DNA of 64,000 nucleotides from Alphaproteobacteria bacterium (GCA_041287865.1 JBGGMV010000008.1:70297-134296); one strand, 5' to 3'. Positions 9,054-18,636 are shown, numbered from the stretch's first letter. Numbers and translations are program-made. The notes: generated by a model from the letters alone, not told the origin.

Positions 9054-9791
9054 ATGAACGCCGTATCCGCCATCAGAGAACATATCGATATCGTTTTTAA
9101 TGCCCTCGTCGGCATTCCGAACGATCCGGACAGCCTGATGCATTTTGCGATCCGCCGGGGCGATGCCTGGCGCTTTAAAAAAGCGCTGGCGCGCGGCGCG
9201 AACCCCGAGGCGCGCGACGGCGCCGGCTGCACCGCGCTCGAAAGCGCCGTGCAATACAAATGCCCCGAGATGGTGAAGGAACTGCTGGCCCGGAAGGCGA
9301 ACCACAAGGGCGGGCGCTACACCAGTATCGGCAGTTTCTTCGGCGCCAACCTGACCGTGCCTCTTGTCGATGCGGCGATGGCCGGCAGCATGGAAATGGT
9401 GAAGCTTCTTGTCGAGGCCGGTGCCGATATCAACGCGCGGGGGCACGATGGATGGACGGCTCTCCATCTGGCTGCGGTCAATTCAAACCGGGAATTAGCC
9501 GGCTATCTTCTCGCGCAGGGGGCTGACCCGAATGTGCGCGACGACCAAGGCAATATTCCCCTCTACTATGTGTTTCAGGGCAAATGCAATCGGGAGGTGG
9601 CTTTGGCGCTGCTTGACGCGAAGGCCTATGTGCCCGACGAGAGCACGCCCGTCCTCTGCACGCGGGCAAAAGCATGCGGCTGGCACGATATCGCCGAGGC
9701 CATCGACCACCGCAACGTCACCGGCGTGGAACAGGGCCTAACCACAAAGCGCAACATTCCGGTCCGCAAGCCTTTCGTTTTCAAACATTGA
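9054..9791 (+). CDS. ankyrin-repeat protein
   Basis: Repeats include GCTALESAVQYKCPEMVKELLARKAN and GWTALHLAAVNSNRELAGYLLAQGADPNVRDDQGNIPLYY. No signal peptide; it ends ...IPVRKPFVFKH. Confidence 0.85.
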   Translation: MNAVSAIREHIDIVFNALVGIPNDPDSLMHFAIRRGDAWRFKKALARGANPEARDGAGCTALESAVQYKCPEMVKELLARKANHKGGRYTSIGSFFGANLTVPLVDAAMAGSMEMVKLLVEAGADINARGHDGWTALHLAAVNSNRELAGYLLAQGADPNVRDDQGNIPLYYVFQGKCNREVALALLDAKAYVPDESTPVLCTRAKACGWHDIAEAIDHRNVTGVEQGLTTKRNIPVRKPFVFKH

Positions 9792-9860
9792 GGCCTCTTC
9801 CCGCCCCGGGAGGATAAAAACGGCCAAATCTTAACTTTTCATTAACACTTCCCTGCTACC

Positions 9861-9871
9861 TTATGTATAAT
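9861..9871 (+). promoter_or_regulatory. TTATGTATAAT box (-10 TATAAT) upstream of SLT paralog 2
   Basis: TTAACA (9842-9847), an 18-nt spacer, then TATAAT (9866-9871). Confidence 0.5.
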
Positions 9872-9933
9872 AGAAGGATTCGACCCTTGGGGTGTGGGCC
9901 TCTTGGGAAATAACGATAAATTCTGGGTGTGTA

Positions 9934-11673
9934 ATGCCGGATAAAGAAAAGCCGAAGGAGCCAAGTGCTTTCCGCCGTGCTTTCAACGTGGTGGCTCTGG
10001 CGGTCGGCCTTGCGGTCGCCCCCGTTGTTGTCGCGCCCACCGTCGTGCGCGTACTGACCGACGACAATAAACCCAAGCCCCGCGCAACCGAACAGTTCAA
10101 CCGCAATGCCCCCTCGGCTGCCGCCGCGCAAACGCCCGCCGCCCAGCCGCCGCGCGTCAAAGTCGAGGTCAAGCCCGTGCCCGCATCGGCCTTTACGCCG
10201 ATGTTCGCAACAGACGACGAGAAAGAACGCAATATCTTCTACAAGCAGACCGCGCGCGCCATCCGTGAATTCCGCGCGCTGCGCGACCAGTCGCCGTCCA
10301 GCGGACCGCTGACACGCGAAGAACGCACGCTGATACAGGAAACGACCAAGGCCGCCCGCGCGGACGCCAAGAAATACAAATTACCGCTGGAGGTCGCGGC
10401 CTCGCTCCGCTTCGCCTCTTCACAGGTGGGCGTGGATCATGACACCTATATGCAGCGCCTGACGCAATTCGCCGGCAACCTGACCAATGCCGACCCTGCA
10501 GGCCTGCTGAAGGGCGATGTGTTCAAGTTCAACGTGCCCAACTGGCTGTCCATGATCAAGCAATTCGGCCCCAGCCACGGGCTCGATTACTTCGCCGATA
10601 AAATCCGCCTTGATACCTCGACCGGCAAGCCGCTGGTGGACGTATCGGACCCCGCCGTGCTGCGGCAAATTGTGAACATGCGACACAACCCGCGCATCAA
10701 CGCGCTGATGGGCGCGGAGCTGATGAAGCATCCGGAGCTGAAGGCCGCCGAATACCGCGGCACCAACTGGCAGTATGACGCCAATGTCGCGCGCGAGCAG
10801 CAGGCCTTGCAGACGCTGGGCTTCGATCTCGGCATCCGCGGCAACGACGGCATCAAGGGCCCGCTGATGGGCGCCGCCATGTCGGAATTCGCGCTGATGA
10901 GCCAGCCGCTGTTCGGCGCCGGCAAGAACATCGACCAGATGCTGCAGGAATCTGCGGCGCAGGCCGTTGTTGACAGCCAGAAATACACCAATAAATGGAA
11001 CAACGTCACCCCCGCTAACGCCTTCGCCGTGCGCCATGCCGCGAAGGTTGTGGGCGTCGATTACGGCTACATGATGGAACTGGCCTCGGCCGAAAGCGGC
11101 TTTGCCGCCGGCGCGCAGGCGGAAACCTCGTCTGCAAAGGGGCTCTTCCAGTTTACCGACGACAGCTGGATGACCATGATGTACCTGCACGGCGCGAAAT
11201 ACGGCTTCGCCGACATCGCGAAGAACATCGACGTGACGAAAAACCGCGACGGCATCATCACCTCGGCCCGCATCAACGACCCCTTGATCTCGCACTACGC
11301 GCTCGACCTGCGCGCCGACCCGCGCGTCAACGCGCTGATGGGCGCGGAATTCGCAAAAGAGAACAAGATGCTGCTGGAAGCGGCCATGCCCAAGCGGCAG
11401 GTGAACCGCACCGACCAGTACCTTGCGCATTTCCTGGGCTCGGGCTCGGCGGTCGACTTCCTGACCAAGATGAAGAAAAACCCTGAGGCGGCAGCCGACA
11501 GCGCCTTCCCCGCCGCCGCAGGCTCGAACAAGCCGGTCTTCTACAAGCCCGACGGCACGGCGCGCACGCTGAAGGAAGTTTACGAGGTCTTCGACAAAAA
11601 ATTCGACCTTGGCGTTTACGATCCGCCGAAGCCCCCGCCGCCCAAGGCGCCCGTGAAGCCGAAGAAACGCTGA
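9934..11673 (+). CDS. SLT-like/peptidoglycan-binding protein, paralog 2 (N-terminal membrane anchor)
   Basis: ATG 9934 (MPDKEKPKEPSAFRR...) parallels the N-terminus of paralog 4. TM segment FNVVALAVGLAVAPVVVAPTVV. Degenerate N module (LEVAASLRFAS...FKFNVPNWL...NPRINALMGAE), then a PG-binding segment (LGFDLGIRGNDGIKGPLMGAAMSEF), then a C module with MELASAESGF...SSAKGLFQF. Confidence 0.8.
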   Translation: MPDKEKPKEPSAFRRAFNVVALAVGLAVAPVVVAPTVVRVLTDDNKPKPRATEQFNRNAPSAAAAQTPAAQPPRVKVEVKPVPASAFTPMFATDDEKERNIFYKQTARAIREFRALRDQSPSSGPLTREERTLIQETTKAARADAKKYKLPLEVAASLRFASSQVGVDHDTYMQRLTQFAGNLTNADPAGLLKGDVFKFNVPNWLSMIKQFGPSHGLDYFADKIRLDTSTGKPLVDVSDPAVLRQIVNMRHNPRINALMGAELMKHPELKAAEYRGTNWQYDANVAREQQALQTLGFDLGIRGNDGIKGPLMGAAMSEFALMSQPLFGAGKNIDQMLQESAAQAVVDSQKYTNKWNNVTPANAFAVRHAAKVVGVDYGYMMELASAESGFAAGAQAETSSAKGLFQFTDDSWMTMMYLHGAKYGFADIAKNIDVTKNRDGIITSARINDPLISHYALDLRADPRVNALMGAEFAKENKMLLEAAMPKRQVNRTDQYLAHFLGSGSAVDFLTKMKKNPEAAADSAFPAAAGSNKPVFYKPDGTARTLKEVYEVFDKKFDLGVYDPPKPPPPKAPVKPKKR

Positions 11674-11827
11674 GGCGTTAACCGGCTACCCCCGAGTCTT
11701 GTTTCCCAATGTTCAAGAATCGGCGTTTTTTGGCCGTGGGCGGGGTTTATCAATGCTTTGATTTGTAATGATATTGCCCTCCCCCACCCCCCTTTATTAA
11801 GTGTTCTTTAATAGTTTACAGGTACAA

Positions 11828-11838
11828 TTATGTATAAT
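11828..11838 (+). promoter_or_regulatory. TTATGTATAAT box inside the palindrome AATTAT-GT-ATAATT, upstream of SLT paralog 3
   Basis: AATTATGTATAATT lies at 11826-11839 in an AT-rich island about 70 nt upstream of ATG 11910. Confidence 0.45.
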
Positions 11839-11909
11839 TATTAATTCTTTCCTAAGATCGTTAACGGCCTCTCCCGGAACGGTTTTAGTCAAAGCAGGGT
11901 GGTGTGCAT

Positions 11910-14027
11910 ATGACAGGTGGCGGTAAAGGCAAGCGTCCAGCAGCATCGAGGTTCGCAGGCGACCGGATGACCGAAGACGCCGCAGAGGCGATGGTCGTCG
12001 CGGAAACCGTAACGCCGGATAAAAAAATCACCGCCGCGTTCAATACCAATATGGGCAAATGGGACCAGAGCCATAACCTCTTCTATCGCCTGAATACTTT
12101 CAGCGACGCCGAAATCAGGAACGCCGACCTGCAGATGATCGCCGAGTTCCGCCAGATGCGCGGACAGGGCCTGTCGCGCCAGAGACTGACGCCCGAGGAA
12201 GTCGCCTTCCTGCGCGAAATCAAGGCGGACGCAGCTGACGAAGTGAAAAAACATCCCGGCCTGACGCAGGACGTCGCCGAGACTCTGGTGTTCGCCGCCC
12301 GCACCGTGGGGCTGGACCGCGCCGAATATGTGCAGAAACTGATCGACACCGACGGCAATATTCTGGGCCTGCCCGCCGACCAGGTGACCAAGGCCGGCCC
12401 GTCGAAATTCGACGTCAACAGCTGGCTCAAGGTCATCAAGCAGCATGGCGCCGAACACGGCCTCGGCTATTTCGCCGACAAGATCGACCTGAAGGAAGAC
12501 GGCGGCCCCGCCAACCTCGTCGTTAACGTCGAAGATCCGCGCGTGCTGCGCCAGATTGTCGCGCTGCGTAACAACCCCCGCCTCTCCGCCATCATGGGCG
12601 CCCATGCGATCGAGGACGGCAAGGAACGCGAAGCCGCCGGCGGCGTGCAGCCCAAAGTCTGGTATCGCGGCGTCAATTATAATAACGATCCCGAAGTGCT
12701 GGAAAACCAGCGCAACCTGCAGGCGCTGGGCTTTGACATCGGCCCCCGCGCCGACGGCGTGAACGGCCCGCTCACCCTGGCCTCCACCCGCGAATTCATG
12801 CAGATGTACAACATCACCGACAAGCAGCAGGCCAATGACAAGCTGGAGCAGGTGGTCAACGAAATGAAGGCCGTCGCCGGCGAATACGATTTCAACGGCA
12901 AGAAAGTGCCGCCGAAGCCGCCCGCCCGCCAGACGAAAACCCGCGCCGGCGCGCAGTTCAACGGCGCCGCCGCCGTGCCCGCCGTGCCGGAAACCTCGGT
13001 CGAGACCACGAATACCGTCAAGCTGTCGGTGAAGGACGCCTTCGCGCTGAAACTGGCCTCCGAAAAATCGAACATGCCCTTCGACACGCTGCTCCGCATC
13101 GTCATCGCCGAGCGCGCCTTCGAGCAGCAAGCAGGCAAGACCAGCCGCTCGCCCGGCCTGTTCCACATCAACGACGGTAACTGGCTGATGACCGTCGCGC
13201 AGCATGGCGAAAAATACGGCCTGGGCGACATCGTGAAGCAAATGAGCGTAACGAAAGACCCCGCCACCGGCAAGGTGACGCAGGTGATCGTCAACGACCC
13301 GATCATCCGCCAGCACATTCTTGATTTGCGCAAAGACCCCCGCGTTTCGGCCCTGATGGGCGCGGAGCGGGCGAAGGAATACCCGATCCAGCTCGACATC
13401 GCCGAAAGCTACCTCGGCATGAACGAGCAAAAGGACAATGCGGCGCTGCGCGGCTTCTTCAAAAAGGGCGGCATCACGCACGATCCGGCCTCGACCGCCT
13501 GGTGCGGCGTGTTCATCAACTCGGTGATGGACAGCCTTGGCCTGCCCAAGACGAACGGCGTCGCGGGCGCGCGCTCCTTCTCGAACGAGGAATACGGCAC
13601 CGCCGTGATTACCGAAGCCAACATGGCGAAGATAAAGACCCAGCCGACCGCGAAAAAGAACCAGCAACTCGCGGAACTGGCCGCCAATATCAAGCCGGGC
13701 GACATCGTGATGTTCCGCCGCAAGACCGAAGACGACCCGACCGGATCGTGGTCGGGCCACGTCGCCTTCATCAAGCGCGTCTATCAGGAGGGCGGCACCT
13801 GGAAGATCGACTATCTGGGCGGCAACCAGGGCGGCGGCGCCGGCCTTGGCGGCGGCTCGGCGCAGGGTGGCGCAGTTACCGTCGCCGAAGGCGTGTCGCT
13901 TGAAAACGTGCTGACCATCCGCCGTCCGCCTCCGATCCCGGGCCTGACCGAAGCGCTCAGGCTCGATGCGGCCTCCACCACGCCGCGCGCGACGACCCAA
14001 CCGGCGGCACGTCCCCAGACTCCCTGA
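11910..14027 (+). CDS. SLT-like/peptidoglycan-binding protein, paralog 3, fused to a C-terminal NlpC/P60-like (TIGR02594-like) domain
   Basis: Same two-module architecture (FKFDVNSWL...NPRLSAIMGA; LGFDIGPRADGVNGPLTLASTREF; SRSPGLFHINDGNWL...DPRVSALMGAE). It adds a C-terminal ...STAWCGVFINSVM...GDIVMFRR...WSGHVAFIK...YLGGNQGGG segment with Cys/His and the LGGNQ signature. No signal peptide or TM. ATG 11910 is preferred over GTG 11904 on RBS spacing. Confidence 0.75.
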   Translation: MTGGGKGKRPAASRFAGDRMTEDAAEAMVVAETVTPDKKITAAFNTNMGKWDQSHNLFYRLNTFSDAEIRNADLQMIAEFRQMRGQGLSRQRLTPEEVAFLREIKADAADEVKKHPGLTQDVAETLVFAARTVGLDRAEYVQKLIDTDGNILGLPADQVTKAGPSKFDVNSWLKVIKQHGAEHGLGYFADKIDLKEDGGPANLVVNVEDPRVLRQIVALRNNPRLSAIMGAHAIEDGKEREAAGGVQPKVWYRGVNYNNDPEVLENQRNLQALGFDIGPRADGVNGPLTLASTREFMQMYNITDKQQANDKLEQVVNEMKAVAGEYDFNGKKVPPKPPARQTKTRAGAQFNGAAAVPAVPETSVETTNTVKLSVKDAFALKLASEKSNMPFDTLLRIVIAERAFEQQAGKTSRSPGLFHINDGNWLMTVAQHGEKYGLGDIVKQMSVTKDPATGKVTQVIVNDPIIRQHILDLRKDPRVSALMGAERAKEYPIQLDIAESYLGMNEQKDNAALRGFFKKGGITHDPASTAWCGVFINSVMDSLGLPKTNGVAGARSFSNEEYGTAVITEANMAKIKTQPTAKKNQQLAELAANIKPGDIVMFRRKTEDDPTGSWSGHVAFIKRVYQEGGTWKIDYLGGNQGGGAGLGGGSAQGGAVTVAEGVSLENVLTIRRPPPIPGLTEALRLDAASTTPRATTQPAARPQTP

Positions 14028-14047
14028 TTTAAAGGATATAACGCGAC

Positions 14048-15670
14048 ATGACTGGCGAACCGGACGATAAAAAACCATCCAAGTTCCGCGGTCACGGCCA
14101 TGAACCCGCGCCGGGCGCGAAGCTGCAGACCAAGCCGCCGCCTGCGCCCAACGCCTCAAAATTCGCGCCCGCTTTCCAGACGGATGAGGAAAAGAAGAAC
14201 AACATCTTCTATTCCCAAACCAAGCAGGCGATCCGCGAATTCCGCGCCATGGCCGGCAACGAGAACGCACGCGGGCCGCTGAGCCGCGAAGAACAGAAAT
14301 ACATCCGCGAGCTGCTGAACGAAGCCAAGGGCGACGTGAAGAAATACAAGATTCCGCTCGAGGTTGCGGCCTCGCTGCGCTTCGCCTCGAAGGAAGCACG
14401 CGTCGACCACACCGAATTCATGCAGCGCATGATCGAAACCGACGGCAATATCTCGCGCGCCGACCCCGGTGGCATCATGAAAACCGGGCCGTTCAAATTC
14501 AACGTGCCCACCTGGCTTTACATGATGAAGACCCACGGTCCCGAACACGGGCTGGATTATTTCGCCGGCAAGATCAGCATCGAGCACAAGAACGGTTATG
14601 TGACCGCCGAAGTGAAGGACCCCGCCGTCCTGCGCGAGATTATATCCCTGCGCGACAACCCGCGCGTCTCGGCCATGATGGGCGCGGAATACCTGAAGCA
14701 CCAGAGCGAGCTGCCGGTGATCACCTATCCCGGCGCGACGCTGGTATCCGACCCCAAGACCAAGACGGAGCAGGAAAATCTGATGACACTGGGCTTCGAC
14801 CTCGGCATTCGCGGCGCGGACGGCATTCCCGGCCCGCTGACGCAGGCCGCGCGCACCGAATTCCAGCAGATGAACGGGCCGCTATTGACGGCGGGCGCCG
14901 CGCCCAAGCCGCTCGACCAGATGATCGCCGACGCCGCCACGCAGGCGAAAGCGGATTCGGACTCTTTCTCTACCCCCAAGCGCAAGATATCGCCCGCAGA
15001 TACCTTTGGCATCCGCCACGCTGCGAAAGTGACGGGGCAGGATTTCGGCTTCATGATGGAGCTGGCGCAGGCGGAAAGCGGATTTAAAACCGAGGTCAAG
15101 GCCAGCACCAGTTCGGCCACCGGCCTTTACCAGTTTATAGACAGCACATGGCTGATCGAGCTGCACCGCCACGGCGAGAAATACGGCCTGGGCGATATCG
15201 TCAAGCAGATCGAGGTCAAGAAGAACAAGGCGGGCGACATCATCGACGCCGATATCCGCGACCCGATGCTGAAGAAATACGCGCTCGACCTGCGCGCCGA
15301 CCCGCGCATCAACTCGCTGATGGGCGCGGAGTTCGTGAAGGAGAACAAGGAAATCCTTGCCGCCGCGCTGCCCAAGAAAGATCTGAACCGCACCGATCAA
15401 TACCTCGCGCACTTCATGGGCTCGGGCGGCGCGGTCGACTTCCTCTCGGCGATGAAGAAAACGCCGGATAGCTCGGCCGCCGATAAATTCCCGAACGAGG
15501 CAAAATCAAACCCCGGCGTGTTCCAGAAGCCGGACGGCACAGATCGCTCGCTGAAAGAGGTCTACGACTTCTTCATGAAGAAATTCTACACGCAGGATTT
15601 CGACAACGCGAAAGCGCCGAAAGACCCAAAACCGGCCGTAACGCCCGTCAAGCCCAAGGCAAAACACTAA
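14048..15670 (+). CDS. SLT-like/peptidoglycan-binding protein, paralog 4 (no signal peptide)
   Basis: Closest to paralog 2 (FAPAFQTDEEKKNNIFY..., LEVAASLRFASKEARVDH, MELAQAESGFKTEVKASTSSATGLYQFIDSTW). The N-terminus MTGEPDDKKPSKFRGHGHEP is hydrophilic. Confidence 0.8.
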   Translation: MTGEPDDKKPSKFRGHGHEPAPGAKLQTKPPPAPNASKFAPAFQTDEEKKNNIFYSQTKQAIREFRAMAGNENARGPLSREEQKYIRELLNEAKGDVKKYKIPLEVAASLRFASKEARVDHTEFMQRMIETDGNISRADPGGIMKTGPFKFNVPTWLYMMKTHGPEHGLDYFAGKISIEHKNGYVTAEVKDPAVLREIISLRDNPRVSAMMGAEYLKHQSELPVITYPGATLVSDPKTKTEQENLMTLGFDLGIRGADGIPGPLTQAARTEFQQMNGPLLTAGAAPKPLDQMIADAATQAKADSDSFSTPKRKISPADTFGIRHAAKVTGQDFGFMMELAQAESGFKTEVKASTSSATGLYQFIDSTWLIELHRHGEKYGLGDIVKQIEVKKNKAGDIIDADIRDPMLKKYALDLRADPRINSLMGAEFVKENKEILAAALPKKDLNRTDQYLAHFMGSGGAVDFLSAMKKTPDSSAADKFPNEAKSNPGVFQKPDGTDRSLKEVYDFFMKKFYTQDFDNAKAPKDPKPAVTPVKPKAKH

Positions 15671-15674
15671 TCGC

Positions 15675-18542
15675 TTATGCTGCAGCCGACTTTTGCTCTC
15701 GCGTCAGCACGCTTGCGCATCTTGCGCAGGCGCCGGGGTGTTTCGCATCCTTGCCGACATCGGTGGTGTATTTCCAGCAACGGCCGCATTTCTCGCCCTC
15801 GGCCTTGCCGAAGACGACGGCGATGCCTTCCACGCCCTGCAGCGTGAAGGCGTCTTTGGGCGCAGCCCCCGCAGTGACTTCAACGCCCGAGGTGATGCAA
15901 ACGTCGGCGAAACCGATGCTTTGCAGCACGCCCGCAAGGGCCGTATCGGCCACATAGACTTTCGGTGCAGCTTCCAGCGAAGCGCCGATCTGCTTTTCCG
16001 CGCGCTTGATTTCGAGCGCGCCGGTAACGACGCTGCGCGCCGCCGCGATCTGCTCCCACGTCTTCGCAAGGCCTGCGTTTTCCCATTCCTTGGGCGCAAC
16101 GGGCATGACGGAGAGGTGGATGCTTTCTTTGGTATCTTCCAGCGTCAGGCCCTTGTACGAGAGCCATGCTTCCTCGGTCGTGTAGACGAGGATGGGTGAG
16201 AGCCAATGGACAAGATGGTTGAACACATGGTCGAGCACCGTCAGCACGGCCTTGCGCTTCTGGCTGTCGAGCGCTTCGCAGTACAGCGTGTCTTTGCAGA
16301 CGTCGAAGTAGAAGGCCGACAAGTCACGTGCGCAGAAGTTATGCACGACGGTCGAAAGCTTCAGGAAATCGAATTCCGCGATGCACTGACGCACCGTGGC
16401 GTCAATTTCATAGAGGCGATGCAAAACCCATTTGTCGAAGTCGCCGAGGTCTTTGTAAGCCAAACGATCCGCATGCGTGAAGCCCGTGACCGAGCCCAGC
16501 AGGTAGCAGAAGGTATTGCGCACGCGGCGGTAGATATCGACATGGCCAGAGAGGATGTTTTCGCCGAACTTGATGTCTTCGGTGTAATCCGAACCCGCGA
16601 CCCAGAGGCGCATGACGTCCGCGCCGTATTTTTCCATGAGCGCGTTGGGCGAGGTGACGTTGCCCGTGCTCTTGGACATTTTGTAGCCTTTTTCGTCGAG
16701 GATAAAGCCGTGCGTGAGCACTGCCTTGAACGGCGCATCGCCGCGCGTGCCGCAACCGACAAGCAATGACGACTGGAACCAGCCGCGATGCTGGTCGGAG
16801 CCTTCGAGGTACAGATCGGCGGGGCGATAAAGGTCAGGACGGTTTTCGAGCACGAAGCCCTGCGTCGATCCCGATTCAAACCAGACGTCGATGATATCGC
16901 GCACCTGTTCGTAATCGTCGGCGTTATAGCCGGAGCCAAGGAAGTCGCTTGCGGGCCTTGCGAACCATGCGTCGGAGCCTTCCTTGTGGAAGATATCGAT
17001 GATGGTTTTCAAAACCTTTTCATCGCGCAGGGGCTCGCCGGTTTTCCTGTTCACGAAGATGGCGATGGGTACGCCCCAGGTGCGCTGGCGCGAGACACAC
17101 CAGTCGCCGCGCTGCTCCACCATGGCCGCGATGCGGTTTTCGCCACGCGCGGGATACCATTTGGTCTTCTTGATTTCCTCCAGCGCCTTCTTGCGCAGGT
17201 CGTTCTTCTCCATCGAGATAAACCACTGAGGCGTGTTGCGGAAGATAACGGGGGCTTTGGAGCGCCAGCTATGCGGATAGCTGTGCTGGATCTGGTTTTT
17301 CGCGACGAGGTTGCCGTTTTCGATGATCGCGTTCATCACGAATTTATTCGCGGGGCCCTTCTTGCCCTCGGCGGTATAGACGGGCACGCCGGCAAATAAA
17401 GGAACAGTATCAAAATAGGTGCCGTCGCCCTTGACGGTATGCGGCACTTCGATGTGGTTTTTCAGGCCGAGGCGATAGTCGTCCTCGCCATGGCCCGGCG
17501 CGATATGGACGAAGCCCGTACCGGCGTCGGTGGTGACAAAATCGCCCTCCAGCATCGGCACGTCGAATTCGTAGCCTTTGCCGTTCAGCGGGTGCTTGCA
17601 GATTGTGCCTGCGAAGGCTTCGCCTTTGACGGGGCCAGCCTCCATCTCCGCAGTAACCTTGGTGTTCTTGATGAAGTCGGTCAGCGTCTGCGCGCAGATG
17701 ATGAATTTATCGCCGATCTTCAGGAAGGATTCATCGGGCACGGTTTTGACCGTCACCATGATGTAATCGAGATCCTTGCCATAGGCCACGGCGCGGTTGC
17801 CGGGCAGAGTCCAGGGCGTGGTCGTCCAGATAACGACAGATGCGCCATCAAACGCCGCGGGGAAATTCGCGCCCTTGGTCTTGACGGGGAATTTCACCCA
17901 TGCGGTATCGGACGTCACGTCTTTGTATTCAACTTCCGCTTCCGCCAGCGCGGTTTGTTCGGGCACCGACCACATGACGGGTTTCGAGCCGCGATAGAGG
18001 CCGCCGTTCAGCAGGAATTTGTGGATCTCGGCCGCGATGGTCGCTTCGGATGAATTGTGCATGGTGCTGTAATAATTTTTCCAGTCGCCCATCACGCCGA
18101 CACGCTGGAATTCCTGGTTCTGGATATCCGTCCAGCCCTGCGCGAAGGCGCGGCATTCGGCGCGGAATTGCACAACGTCGTTGTCGTTTTTCTTCTTGCC
18201 TTCGGCGCGGTATTTTTCCTCGATCTTCCATTCGATGGGCAGGCCGTGGCAATCCCAGCCGGGCACCAGCAGCGCATCCTTGCCCACCGCCTGCTGGCTG
18301 CGCGTCACGAAATCTTTCAGCGTCTTCGACAGCAGGTGGCCGAGGTGGATATGGCCGTTGGCAAACGGAGGGCCAAAGTGGAGGAGAAACTTCTCGCGCC
18401 CGCTACTGGCCGCGCGCTGCTTTTTATAGAGCTCCATCTGCTCCCAGCGTTTCTGGATCTTCGGTTCCAGCTGCGCCAAACCCGCACGGCGCGGGAAATC
18501 GGTTTTCGGCAGGTGGATGGTGTCTCCGTATTCGGCGGTCAT
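15675..18542 (-). CDS. ileS: isoleucine--tRNA ligase
   Basis: HIGH (PFANGHIHLGH) and KMSKS motifs plus a C-terminal zinc-finger CxxC. Start moved to ATG 18542 (MTAEYGDTIHLPKTDFPRRA), which has GGAG upstream. The track start at 18665 adds 41 non-homologous residues. Confidence 0.95.
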   Translation of the reverse strand: MTAEYGDTIHLPKTDFPRRAGLAQLEPKIQKRWEQMELYKKQRAASSGREKFLLHFGPPFANGHIHLGHLLSKTLKDFVTRSQQAVGKDALLVPGWDCHGLPIEWKIEEKYRAEGKKKNDNDVVQFRAECRAFAQGWTDIQNQEFQRVGVMGDWKNYYSTMHNSSEATIAAEIHKFLLNGGLYRGSKPVMWSVPEQTALAEAEVEYKDVTSDTAWVKFPVKTKGANFPAAFDGASVVIWTTTPWTLPGNRAVAYGKDLDYIMVTVKTVPDESFLKIGDKFIICAQTLTDFIKNTKVTAEMEAGPVKGEAFAGTICKHPLNGKGYEFDVPMLEGDFVTTDAGTGFVHIAPGHGEDDYRLGLKNHIEVPHTVKGDGTYFDTVPLFAGVPVYTAEGKKGPANKFVMNAIIENGNLVAKNQIQHSYPHSWRSKAPVIFRNTPQWFISMEKNDLRKKALEEIKKTKWYPARGENRIAAMVEQRGDWCVSRQRTWGVPIAIFVNRKTGEPLRDEKVLKTIIDIFHKEGSDAWFARPASDFLGSGYNADDYEQVRDIIDVWFESGSTQGFVLENRPDLYRPADLYLEGSDQHRGWFQSSLLVGCGTRGDAPFKAVLTHGFILDEKGYKMSKSTGNVTSPNALMEKYGADVMRLWVAGSDYTEDIKFGENILSGHVDIYRRVRNTFCYLLGSVTGFTHADRLAYKDLGDFDKWVLHRLYEIDATVRQCIAEFDFLKLSTVVHNFCARDLSAFYFDVCKDTLYCEALDSQKRKAVLTVLDHVFNHLVHWLSPILVYTTEEAWLSYKGLTLEDTKESIHLSVMPVAPKEWENAGLAKTWEQIAAARSVVTGALEIKRAEKQIGASLEAAPKVYVADTALAGVLQSIGFADVCITSGVEVTAGAAPKDAFTLQGVEGIAVVFGKAEGEKCGRCWKYTTDVGKDAKHPGACARCASVLTREQKSAAA

Positions 18543-18626
18543 GATGGCTTTCTCCAAAAAATATCTCCGTAAAATAGCGATTCCATTAGCTTTACCGCAA
18601 GGTTTTCCTGCCTCGGCAGCTAATGT

Positions 18627-18636
18627 TTGACATAAT
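18627..18636 (+). promoter_or_regulatory. TTGACATAAY promoter box
   Basis: TTGACATAAT, a 17-nt spacer, then TACAAC (18650-18655). It lies upstream of ATG 18677. Confidence 0.55.

Noticed and set aside
9792-9891. Possible terminator or structured element after the ankyrin gene 9054-9791
   Set aside because: The GC-rich segment CCTCTTCCCGCCCCGGGAGG does not form a convincing stem and has no U-tract.
11889-14399. 836-aa minus-strand ORF, the longest ORF in this region
   Set aside because: It is antisense to SLT paralogs 3 and 4, which have clear motifs and three paralogs. Its translation is an Arg/Gly/Ala-rich low-complexity string typical of antisense frames in high-GC DNA.
18627-18636. Reading TTGACATAAT as an extended -10 (TGaCATAAT) rather than a -35 element
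   Set aside because: All eight copies have a TA-initiated hexamer 17-18 nt downstream, which fits a -35 role better. This is not excluded and needs transcription start site mapping.
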